From the IMG/VR virus record IMGVR_UViG_3300020059_000001, positions 14,679-78,678 of that record: DNA of 64,000 bases. One strand, 5' to 3'. Shown piece by piece: positions 50,882 to 59,294 of this stretch; positions within the stretch are counted from its first letter, which is position 1, and each line of letters begins with the position of its first letter. The position numbers and the translations under genes are program-made. This stretch comes from a virus (lineage: Duplodnaviria > Heunggongvirae > Uroviricota > Caudoviricetes). The notes under the pieces were generated by a model, which made no database searches, was not told where the DNA came from, and saw nothing but the letters and a program-made list of their open reading frames with translations.

Positions 50882-53800
50882 TTAACCGCCCCTCGCGACC
50901 AGATCGGCAGTCCGGGCAAGAACCTGGTCGTTGGCTCCGATACGGCCGTCGACATATCCGGCGAGGGTTTGCCCGCCGCCGGTGTCGAAGATGACCCGGC
51001 CGACCAGTCGCATCGGTTTGTCATTGCCGGGTGTAACTCGTTCGGATTGTCCGGTGGAGTTGACGGCGAGGGTTACGCCGGGGCGTAGCCATCCGCCGTT
51101 GTCGAAGTGGCCGACGTGGGCGAAGCGGTGGATGTCTGTTACGCCGCCACCGACGCGGACGCCTACCCCGCCGGTGGATTCGAACGGCAAACCACCCAGC
51201 AGGCCGGCGGTGTGGCCCACGGATGTGCCACCCGGACCGGGTTCGCCGGGGTTGGTCCAGCCGGCGGACAATGCACCGCCGACACCGCCCAACGGGAAGT
51301 AAGGCGCCTCATTGAATGTGCTGAATGTGTGACTATACGGGCTCCGCTTGTGCAGCACATTCCATACAGCACTGACGATGCCCGAACAGTCATAGCCACC
51401 CGGTCCGGCGCTAGCCCACACATACGGTTTGCCGACCTGTGCTTTCAGAAACGCCAGTGCCGGGCCGCCACCGAACTTGGCCTCCAACTGCGCCATCGTG
51501 TACGGCATCTTCGTGCCCGACACGTTGACCGGGAACGGCCACACCTGGCCACCGCCAGCAAAAGCGATGCCCTGCGATCCGTCACCGGGGTATTGGACCT
51601 TCGGTGACCGATTGTGCAGCACTGTCTTGCGTAGCCACTCGATCGCGGCGTGCCCACCAGCGGCCTGTACCTCTTCCGCGGTCCACACGTGTTCCCCGGC
51701 GGAAAGCCAGTAAGATGCTGCACCCGGCCCCGCTGCCCGGATACTGTCCGACGTGCCGGTGCCAGGTCCGATGATGGGCCCGCCCTGCACGAACCGGGCA
51801 GCGAACGGAACCTGCGAATTGAATACCGATGACTGGCCGGCGATAGCGCTGGCAGCTGCCGCGGTGGACACGTTGTTGTCGAGCGCGTACTGCGCAACCT
51901 TGAGGACCCGGAGCTGGTTGAGGACCGCATCGACGCCGGTAGCGACAATGTTGGTTTCTACCTTGCCGGGGGTAGACCCATACTCCGCGTTGAGGCCGTG
52001 GACTTCACCGGTCGTCAGGCCAGCCTTGTGGCCGGCGTCCTCGATCAGCCGACCGTTTTCGTCGTGCTTACGACCGGCGTCTTCGGCGGACATGCCAGCT
52101 GCGATGTTCGCGAAGTACAAGTCGTTGTTCTTGAGGATGAGATCCTCGACGGCCTTCCGGTTTTTGATACCGGCTGTCTCGTTGATGCTCAGCGAGTTGG
52201 AGCCCTTGTCGAGCTGAGCGGCTAGGGTGTTCAAACCCAGGTTGAACTCCTGGGTGGCGTTGGTGACGTCGATCTGCGGCTGGTACAGCGCTGTCCACGC
52301 CTGCTTGAGGAGATCCGCTTTCTGGCTGGCGGACAGTTCCGAGTCCGCGATGGACCAGAACACGTCGGTCAGGGCGTGGACCTTGTCCTTCAATGGTTCA
52401 GCGACGGCACCAATGTCAGTAAGGACCGCCTTGTACAGGCCGGCCCGTTGGGTTGCCGTCAGCTGGACACCGGAGAACGCGTCGACCATTCCGACCAGCG
52501 CGGAAACGGTGTCAGCGGCCGGACCTGCGGTAGCCGCGATCCCGTTGATGGTTGCCGTGAACGCATCCGTCTTCTGGGCAGCCGTCGCAGTCTTGGACTG
52601 CAACACCTCCAACAGAGCCGTCAGCTGGCCGAACAACGCCGCCTGGTGCTCATGACCAGCAGCGTTGGCACCCAGCGACTTTGTGTACAGGTCGGTGGCC
52701 TCGGTGGCCCGGTTCTGCATCCGGGTAACCGTGTCGAATTGGCCGATCAGCTTATCGACCTTGCTGATCTCGTCGGTGATGCCTCTAACCTTCGCGGCCT
52801 TGGCGGCGATGCTGACCTGATCGGTAGCCGTTACCCGTTCCGCGGCAGTTCTTGCCCCGAGCAGTTGCGCCCGGTAGTCCATCAACGAGCCCTTGACGCT
52901 GTCGACGGCGGTCTTCTGCCCACTCAACGCGTTCGCGACGTCCGACGCAGACACCCCGTACTTGTCCGCGCTGATGATGAGGTCTTGGAGTGTCTTGTTC
53001 TGCCGGATCAGGTCTTCGGTGTTGTCTTCGCCTTTCGCCCGTGCTGCGGCTACCGCTTCACCGAAGTCGAAGTAGGCCTGGGTTGCCGCTTCGGCTGCCT
53101 GCTTCTGTTCGCCCATCCGGATCGCGAGCAGACCGAGACCAATCGTTGCCGCGGTGATAGCTAGACCCCACGGGCCGCCCAACGAGCCCATCAGACCGCT
53201 TACCCCGGCGCGCATACGACTCGTCGACGCCGCAGCTGTTTCCGCGGAGAACCCGAACCGCTGTGTCGACGCAGCGGCCCCGTCCGCGCCGGCCTTGAAC
53301 GCCGTCCACTTCGCGCCTAGCTCAGCTACCGCTGTATGAATGGCGGTGAAGCCCTTAGCCAGCAGCGGCAGGACGCCGCCGATAGCAAGCAGGACCAGCA
53401 GGGTCGCCTGGACTGGGCCCGGCAACATGGTGAACGCCTTAGCGATCGCGTCGACCGCCGTAGCGAGCAGGTTAAGTGCGTTGAACAGCACCCGGGCAGC
53501 CTGCAACGTACCCGGTGACGCCAGGATCGTGAACAGCGCATCCGCTAGCTTTGCCAGTGCGTTGAGGAGTTCCTGCACGCCGAGGGTGGTCGTCTTGAAC
53601 AAGGTGTCAAGCTGGCCGGTGTTCTTCGCCGTGTCGATGAATGCGGTGAAACGGGCGCCGAGCTTGCCCAGGATGTCGAGGAGGTTGACCAGGAACGGTG
53701 ATGCGACATGCGAAATGTCGAGGAACGCGTTTGACCAGTTCCTCAATATTGGCAGGACGTGGTCGAGTTGGGTACGGACGTCGTTGAGCAGGAACGCGAA

Positions 53801-54490
53801 CCGGTTGACGGTTTCGGTGTTGGCCAACCAGTCCGCGGTGCCGGCGGCGATGTTACCGATTGACCGGCCGATCTGCGGCAGCTCCACGTTGAGCATCGGC
53901 AGGATCGTGGTGCCGAGCTGGCCGAGCTTACCGACGATCGGCGCGAACGTCTCCTGCTGGACCGCGTCTTGCAGATGTCCCCATTCGGACCGGACACCCT
54001 GCACTTCGTGGACGAACGCTTGAGCTGACGGCGCCAACGTATCCATCGACTTGGCGATCTTGTCGACGTCGTTGCTGCTCAATCCCTTGAACGCGTCACC
54101 AAGACCTTTGACCGCTAGCCCGGTGGTGCCGGCGGCAACACCTGCCAGCGCAATCGCACCGGGTACCGCCAACAGCAGACCGAGGGCGGGGGCAACGATG
54201 GCCGGCAGGTTGGTGAGCAGCGCGGTGATAGCAAGGACTTGGCCGCGGGTACGGCTATACGTGTGCTGGTTGGCGGTCTCGTTACCTTCGGTCTTTTTGC
54301 GGACCGTATCGGACTTGTTGCCGACGTTCTCGACGTCGTCGCCGAGCTTTTTTACTTCACCGTCGGTCTTTGAAACACCAGCAGATCCGCTGTCACCAAA
54401 GTTTTTGGTGGCCGTCTGCGCTTCCCGGAGTTTCGCCAGATAGCCAGCGACGTCAAGTTCGAGCTTGACACTGACGACACGATCAGCCAC
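50882..54490 (-). CDS. tape measure protein with C-terminal NlpC/P60 peptidase domain
   Basis: 1202 aa, long Ala-rich coiled-coil/TM core; GKPYVWASAGPGGYDCSGIVSAVW...H NlpC/P60 Cys-His. Confidence 0.8.
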   Translation of the reverse strand: MADRVVSVKLELDVAGYLAKLREAQTATKNFGDSGSAGVSKTDGEVKKLGDDVENVGNKSDTVRKKTEGNETANQHTYSRTRGQVLAITALLTNLPAIVAPALGLLLAVPGAIALAGVAAGTTGLAVKGLGDAFKGLSSNDVDKIAKSMDTLAPSAQAFVHEVQGVRSEWGHLQDAVQQETFAPIVGKLGQLGTTILPMLNVELPQIGRSIGNIAAGTADWLANTETVNRFAFLLNDVRTQLDHVLPILRNWSNAFLDISHVASPFLVNLLDILGKLGARFTAFIDTAKNTGQLDTLFKTTTLGVQELLNALAKLADALFTILASPGTLQAARVLFNALNLLATAVDAIAKAFTMLPGPVQATLLVLLAIGGVLPLLAKGFTAIHTAVAELGAKWTAFKAGADGAAASTQRFGFSAETAAASTSRMRAGVSGLMGSLGGPWGLAITAATIGLGLLAIRMGEQKQAAEAATQAYFDFGEAVAAARAKGEDNTEDLIRQNKTLQDLIISADKYGVSASDVANALSGQKTAVDSVKGSLMDYRAQLLGARTAAERVTATDQVSIAAKAAKVRGITDEISKVDKLIGQFDTVTRMQNRATEATDLYTKSLGANAAGHEHQAALFGQLTALLEVLQSKTATAAQKTDAFTATINGIAATAGPAADTVSALVGMVDAFSGVQLTATQRAGLYKAVLTDIGAVAEPLKDKVHALTDVFWSIADSELSASQKADLLKQAWTALYQPQIDVTNATQEFNLGLNTLAAQLDKGSNSLSINETAGIKNRKAVEDLILKNNDLYFANIAAGMSAEDAGRKHDENGRLIEDAGHKAGLTTGEVHGLNAEYGSTPGKVETNIVATGVDAVLNQLRVLKVAQYALDNNVSTAAAASAIAGQSSVFNSQVPFAARFVQGGPIIGPGTGTSDSIRAAGPGAASYWLSAGEHVWTAEEVQAAGGHAAIEWLRKTVLHNRSPKVQYPGDGSQGIAFAGGGQVWPFPVNVSGTKMPYTMAQLEAKFGGGPALAFLKAQVGKPYVWASAGPGGYDCSGIVSAVWNVLHKRSPYSHTFSTFNEAPYFPLGGVGGALSAGWTNPGEPGPGGTSVGHTAGLLGGLPFESTGGVGVRVGGGVTDIHRFAHVGHFDNGGWLRPGVTLAVNSTGQSERVTPGNDKPMRLVGRVIFDTGGGQTLAGYVDGRIGANDQVLARTADLVARGG

Positions 54491-54510
54491 GGCCTACACC
54501 TCCGCGAGGG

Positions 54511-55523
54511 TTACAGTTGGAGGTCTGGCATGGTCGTAGCCGCCGGTTTCGTTTTCAGGTCGGCCCGCCACCGCAACGTGTGCATGTGCTTTTCGTCATC
54601 GGCCTGACCGTCGCCGTAAATTGCCAACACCTTGCATTTAGCGCATGGGGTTGGCGGGTCGACGACGTAGTCCTCGGGCTCGTAGACGAGGGTTTCCGGT
54701 AGCCAGCCGCCGCAGCCGCTACAGGTCATTCGCTCGCAGCGGACCAGCGCCAATATTTTGGCCCGTTCGTCGTCGTCCCATTCCACTTCGGATGTGGCGA
54801 CCGATCGGATCAGCCGACCGTCAGCGTCGTAGAAGTAGTCGGTAACGACGGTGGGTTCCCAGCCGCCGAACCGCTTCATGGAAACGCCGAGAGCGCGGGC
54901 CGCCTCTACGCGCTCGCGGAGATCTGGCGCAACATGGTAGCGAGCACTGAGAAAGGGACGCTGGTGTCCTTGTTGTTACTCAGTCCGATTGCCCCGTCCG
55001 CAAGCATGCCGAACTGGGACTTCGACAGTACCGCTTCCTGGCAAGTGCAGTTTTCGTTGTCGGTGTCGGTGTCGAACTTGCAGTCACCCGGATGTACATC
55101 GCGTCGACCAAGAAGCTGATCCCAGTCCCCGCTGTCCAACTGCGGCTCTACCACCGAGGCCCGGACAACCGCCGGCAGGAACGTAGCCAGGTTGACCCGG
55201 GCCTTCTGTGGATCCTCCGGTGGATGCGCCGTTTCCAGCTGATCCCACCGCCGCCACGGCAACTCCCGTAACCGGAAGTTGAAGGTGTGTTCGGTCTGCT
55301 TATCCTTCAGGTCGGCGATCTGGGCATCGAGGTCGTCGGTGTTCGGCGGCCCGGCCAACGACTCCGGATGGTTAGCAAGCCGTTCCAGCTTCTGCTGTTC
55401 CAGCTCCGTCACCGCCTGCGCCAGATCGCCGCGTAGACAGATCGGCACCACAACCTCGGCGGACTTCGCCTCTTTGATCGCCGACTTGATGTTCAACTTC
55501 CGTGGCTTAGACGTTGCTGCCAC
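54511..55523 (-). CDS. tail assembly chaperone G and GT (−1 programmed frameshift fusion); G alone = 54906..55523
   Basis: slippery heptamer C_CCT_TTC at 54951-54957 (minus strand) in frame; −1 frame open from there through ORF 54511..54879; position just upstream of TMP. Confidence 0.6.
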
Positions 55524-55608
55524 TGATTTCCTTCTTTCCGTTGACCCCTGTGGGATGGCCGGGACGGGACAGATCCAGGACCAACCAAACCTGCCCCGCC
55601 GTTCGGGT

Positions 55609-56226
55609 TTACGGAATTACCGCCGTCAATGACGGCAGGCTCTGTACCTTTGTTGGCACTTCGTAACGGGTAACGGTGTTGGACTGTGGTGCTAGTCGAC
55701 GTCGCTGACCGAGGATGACGGGATAAACCTCGACCGCCTGCGCCGACGTCCAGGCAGTGGTTTCAGCAATGTCTCGACGGATAACCACATATCCGGCGGT
55801 GCCGCGGGTCAGAGTGGTGAACGTCGTGTCACCGGTGAGCTGCTTCTTCAGCCGCAGCATGGTGCCCTTGAAGCTGTCCCGACCAATGGTCAGGGTGTCG
55901 AAGGTAGAGGCAAGGCTGGTGTTATCGACGTCAGCAGTGTCTGGTTCGAATCCGACGAGCCCATCAGCAGTGAGTAGCGATTGAAGCAGAATGCCGGCGT
56001 TGAGTTCGGTCGTGGTAGGAGCGGCGATGTTGGCAATGGTCGGTACCCAGGAAACCCTGGTTTGCCCATCAACCGGGATATCCGCCAAGATGTCACCTCT
56101 GTCCGTTTCGGGCGCCGGCAGCGCGGCGAAGTTGATAACGCTTATTTGCTGCGTCACGGCAAATACGACAAGAGCGTCGGCCACGACCATCGACATAGGT
56201 GTTAACCACATCGAATGGATGACCAT
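55609..56226 (-). CDS. major tail protein (positional call)
   Basis: 205 aa, Thr/Ala-rich, directly upstream of chaperone pair; start ambiguous (M1/M6/M11/M13). Confidence 0.45.
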   Translation of the reverse strand: MVIHSMWLTPMSMVVADALVVFAVTQQISVINFAALPAPETDRGDILADIPVDGQTRVSWVPTIANIAAPTTTELNAGILLQSLLTADGLVGFEPDTADVDNTSLASTFDTLTIGRDSFKGTMLRLKKQLTGDTTFTTLTRGTAGYVVIRRDIAETTAWTSAQAVEVYPVILGQRRRLAPQSNTVTRYEVPTKVQSLPSLTAVIP

Positions 56227-56635
56227 GCTTGCAGTGCGTTTTTACTGCGTTCTTTGCGATGAAGTTGCTGCTACGGAGCAGATTGACGCGTTGTGTTACC
56301 GGTTCTAAATGCCATGGATTAACACAGATTGGATTCCTGCACAGGTGGTCAAGTTTGAGACCGGCAGGAATGTCTGCTCGCAGGAATTCGTAGGCCCAAC
56401 GATGCGCTAGTAGCGTCTGTTTATTGGTGCAGAACTTGCCGTAGCCGTCGCCCACGGTGCCAGCGGTCCAGATCCAGCAGTCGCCGGCCTGGCTTACGTG
56501 GGCAAAGAAGAGGTCTTCTGGGGTTAGGTCGTGAATGGTTCCGCGACGGCGCCATCGTCTGTAATGCGCTTGGCACCAGCCTTGTTCTCTGACCACGATC
56601 GGTCGCGGGCACCCCGGGACGAAACACTCGGCCAA
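56093..56635 (-). CDS. HNH homing endonuclease (HNH_3-like) inserted between head-tail and tail genes
   Basis: GDGYGKF...AHRWAYEFLRADIPAGLKLDHLCRNPICVNPWHLE; paralog of 10795..11358. Confidence 0.65.
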   Translation of the reverse strand: MAECFVPGCPRPIVVREQGWCQAHYRRWRRRGTIHDLTPEDLFFAHVSQAGDCWIWTAGTVGDGYGKFCTNKQTLLAHRWAYEFLRADIPAGLKLDHLCRNPICVNPWHLEPVTQRVNLLRSSNFIAKNAVKTHCKHGHPFDVVNTYVDGRGRRSCRICRDAANKRYQLRRAAGARNGQR

Positions 56636-56638
56636 GAT

Positions 56639-56905
56639 CTATTCCTCGGCAGCCTGTCCACGCTTACGACGGCCAGAGCGAGTGGTGGATTCTTGGTCCT
56701 GTTCGCCGTTTTCGCTGCCGGCCTCTGCTGTCGATTCATCCGCCGACTTATCGGTCGGCTCATCGACTACCGGGTCCTTGGTAAGGTCTGGTTCCGGTGC
56801 CGGATCGGTATCGACCCAACCGTGGCCATGCCAGTATTCGAGGGATTCAATGGAGAATTGGGCCTTGCCGCCAGTCTCCGGATTTTCCAGCCACACATGC
56901 GTCAC
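56639..56905 (-). CDS. hypothetical acidic protein
   Basis: ORF 56639..56905. Confidence 0.35.
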   Translation of the reverse strand: MTHVWLENPETGGKAQFSIESLEYWHGHGWVDTDPAPEPDLTKDPVVDEPTDKSADESTAEAGSENGEQDQESTTRSGRRKRGQAAEE

Positions 56906-56911
56906 GGCAAT

Positions 56912-57259
56912 TCACCCCAGTGGATACAATTTGTAAGTTGTAGTGGTGGTGTTCGAATGCGTAATGGTGACCAGACCGGTACTGATATTCGGCAACGACG
57001 GGTCGATGTAGAAGATTTTGTTGGTAGAAGCCGAAACGGTTAGCGGGTAAGTGCCGCCGGCCAGTAGGTTGCCGGCGGGAGTACCACCGGCGTCGGTAAC
57101 GGCGATGGTGTCGGTGCTCCCTGCGCCGTTGATGATTTCCAGGTAGGCGCCGCGGGATCCGAGTTGCGTCTGACTGATGGTGTCCGAGGCAGTGCAGGCA
57201 GTACCGGTAGTGGTGAGCACTCCGGCTGTCGTTGGGATGATTGACGTCATGGCCGCCAT
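56912..57259 (-). CDS. hypothetical Thr/Gly-rich structural protein
   Basis: ORF 56912..57259. Confidence 0.35.
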   Translation of the reverse strand: MAAMTSIIPTTAGVLTTTGTACTASDTISQTQLGSRGAYLEIINGAGSTDTIAVTDAGGTPAGNLLAGGTYPLTVSASTNKIFYIDPSLPNISTGLVTITHSNTTTTTYKLYPLG

Positions 57260-57362
57260 CGGCGTCCTCCTTCAGTGGATTCCGCCCGATTTGGGTGGCG
57301 GATAGTGATCGTTTGTGCGCAGGGAGTACTCTTGTGACATAGAAAGGGATCAGTGATCAGCC

Positions 57363-57791
57363 ATGAGGAAGTCGTTCATCTACGCACTAGCGGCAGCGGC
57401 AGCCCTGACGCTCATCGGCGTCATCGGCCTGGCCATCAAGGGCAGCCGAACCAACGACACGTTCCGGATCGTCGGATCCGTAACCAGCGCCTGCCAGGGC
57501 CCATTCGCCGATGACACCGCTGTCGCGGCCGGTGCCACTGTCCACGTCCTCGCTGGAGCCAGCAGGGACAAAGACGTGGAAGTCAGCTCCGCTACCCTGC
57601 TGGGCCTCAACAACAGCCCCGACAGCGTCGTCTGCAAGTTCGTGTTCATCGCCGACAAGGTCCCGGCCGGAGAGAACGAGTACGTGGTCATGATCGGTGG
57701 CTACCGGTTCATCCCGAAAACCGAAACCGAGGCACGTGCTGGGCTCAGCCTGAGCGTGGCCGACTTACCGACCTGGTCAGCCGGGAACTGA
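57363..57791 (+). CDS. moron: membrane-anchored/secreted protein on opposite strand within structural module
   Basis: MRKSFIYALAAAAALTLIGVIGLAIKG N-terminal anchor; AT-rich upstream CTTGTGACATAGAAAGGG. Confidence 0.45.
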   Translation: MRKSFIYALAAAAALTLIGVIGLAIKGSRTNDTFRIVGSVTSACQGPFADDTAVAAGATVHVLAGASRDKDVEVSSATLLGLNNSPDSVVCKFVFIADKVPAGENEYVVMIGGYRFIPKTETEARAGLSLSVADLPTWSAGN

Positions 57792-58184
57792 CTCCAGCCG
57801 GTACGACTCAATCGCATCGATGATCAGGATTCCGGTGGTTTCGTCTGGGGTCATGACCGCGCCGGATTCGTTGCGGATAGGGAAGCAGGCTCGGCCGGCC
57901 ACTACCGGAACAGCGTCGAGGAGCACTGACCGGACCGCGGTGGCCACTACATCCGCAGCTGTTGCGGACCCTCCGGCGCAGTGACAGATGATCCTGAGCT
58001 GCGCCCGGTTCGATGTGCTCCTCAGATCTTCACTGTCCGGGTAGGACAGTGTTGTAAAGATCCTTACGTAGGGTGGGAGGACGCCGGCTGGGATCGCATC
58101 GTCGAAGACGTCGATCGGATCTGGTAGTGCACCAGGTGCCCGTAGTAGAGCGAGGACGGCAACCCGATGTGGATCAACGCTCAA
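57777..58184 (-). CDS. head-tail connector-type protein (positional)
   Basis: 135 aa, in run of four small genes upstream of major tail protein. Confidence 0.35.
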   Translation of the reverse strand: MSVDPHRVAVLALLRAPGALPDPIDVFDDAIPAGVLPPYVRIFTTLSYPDSEDLRSTSNRAQLRIICHCAGGSATAADVVATAVRSVLLDAVPVVAGRACFPIRNESGAVMTPDETTGILIIDAIESYRLESVPG

Positions 58185-58585
58185 TTGATCAGACTCCAGA
58201 GGAGCTGTTCGCCGAGTCGTTCACACGCACGACTGAACGCCTTCTCTTCGCCGTCGGCGGCCCGGTTGCCATCGAGGTGTGGCGAGTCCTGGTTGATCGA
58301 GCCGTATTCGAATCCGCGGCCCATGCCGCCCTGTGGCATCGCCGCGTCCGGTCCGGCTACGGCGACCCAGCCCATACCGGTCCACGTGGGACCGTCGTAG
58401 CCGATCGACTTGGGGTAATGCCTGCCGTGCGGCAGGGCCGTCTCCTCCGCGTTGCGTCGCCACTGTCGGACGATGCGCCGGGTTGACTCCGCCACGATGT
58501 CTTTGGAGTCTGGACGGACCTGGCGGCTGACGGCAGCCAGGTCCCGGGCAAGATCCTTCACCTCGGACATATCGAAATGTGCCAC
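58181..58585 (-). CDS. head-tail connector/virion morphogenesis-type protein (positional)
   Basis: 134 aa; overlapping stop/start with neighbour. Confidence 0.35.
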   Translation of the reverse strand: MAHFDMSEVKDLARDLAAVSRQVRPDSKDIVAESTRRIVRQWRRNAEETALPHGRHYPKSIGYDGPTWTGMGWVAVAGPDAAMPQGGMGRGFEYGSINQDSPHLDGNRAADGEEKAFSRACERLGEQLLWSLIN

Positions 58586-58620
58586 TGAACCTCCCCGCGT
58601 TACAGTTTACGGTGGAGCCG

Positions 58621-58835
58621 CATCCATTGAGGTGTGGCAAGCGGATAGGTTCGGCATGGCAGGGCAGCAACGGCAAGGCCGGGCATGGCAGGGTAAGGCG
58701 CGGCGGGGCAAGGCGCGGCAGCATTGGCGAGGCGAGGTATGGCATGGCGAGGCAGGGCGCGGCACGGCAGCAGTGGCGGGGCTTGGCAGGGTAGGGCAAG
58801 GCCGGCCATGGCACGGCGCGGGCCGGCTAACGGGG
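58621..58835 (+). repeat. second pentanucleotide-periodic GGCNN tract (about 40 units)
   Basis: tcggc atggc agggc agcaa cggca aggcc gggca tggca ...; same strand polarity as the tract at 3181-3420; shares GGCACGGCA..CAGCAGTGGCGGGGC segment. Confidence 0.8.
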
Positions 58836-58878
58836 GTAAAGCAGATCTCGATCTGCTTTACCCCCACTCTGAATAGAG

Positions 58879-59286
58879 TCAGAGAATCTCGGTGCAGCCG
58901 ACGAATCGTTGAGTTGCATCGGACTTGATTGATGGATCCCGGACAGCGAAGGTGCGTCCGACCAGGTCCACGTCGTGGAGGGAACTGGTGATGGTAACGA
59001 CGTCCCCATCGCGGAGATCTTCACTGCCGACAACGGGGAGCTGGACACCGATCCTCGCTAGCCGTTCATACTGGCCGGCGATCATCCGTGGCTGGTCCAC
59101 GCTCTTACCGAGCGCCGACCAGGTCCGCACCCGACACTTACCGACATAAATCGTGAACTTAGTGGTAATCGTTACACCGTTGACCACCGATGTGGAAATA
59201 CCGGTCCGTCGTTCAATCGTGCAATGGTCGGTCATGCCCTTTTCGGCAGCAACCCTGCCGCGGGCAATAATACTTTCGCGTGACAC
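58879..59286 (-). CDS. head-tail adaptor-like protein (positional)
   Basis: 135 aa ORF 58879..59286. Confidence 0.35.
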   Translation of the reverse strand: MSRESIIARGRVAAEKGMTDHCTIERRTGISTSVVNGVTITTKFTIYVGKCRVRTWSALGKSVDQPRMIAGQYERLARIGVQLPVVGSEDLRDGDVVTITSSLHDVDLVGRTFAVRDPSIKSDATQRFVGCTEIL

Positions 59287-59294
59287 ACGGCCTC

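Noticed and set aside
52376-53164. 262-aa plus-strand ORF inside tape measure gene
   Set aside because: It is antisense to the 1202-aa TMP, a long spurious high-GC ORF.
58221-58814. 197-aa minus ORF over the second tract
   Set aside because: The same periodic-repeat artefact applies, and it overlaps a real connector gene in another frame.
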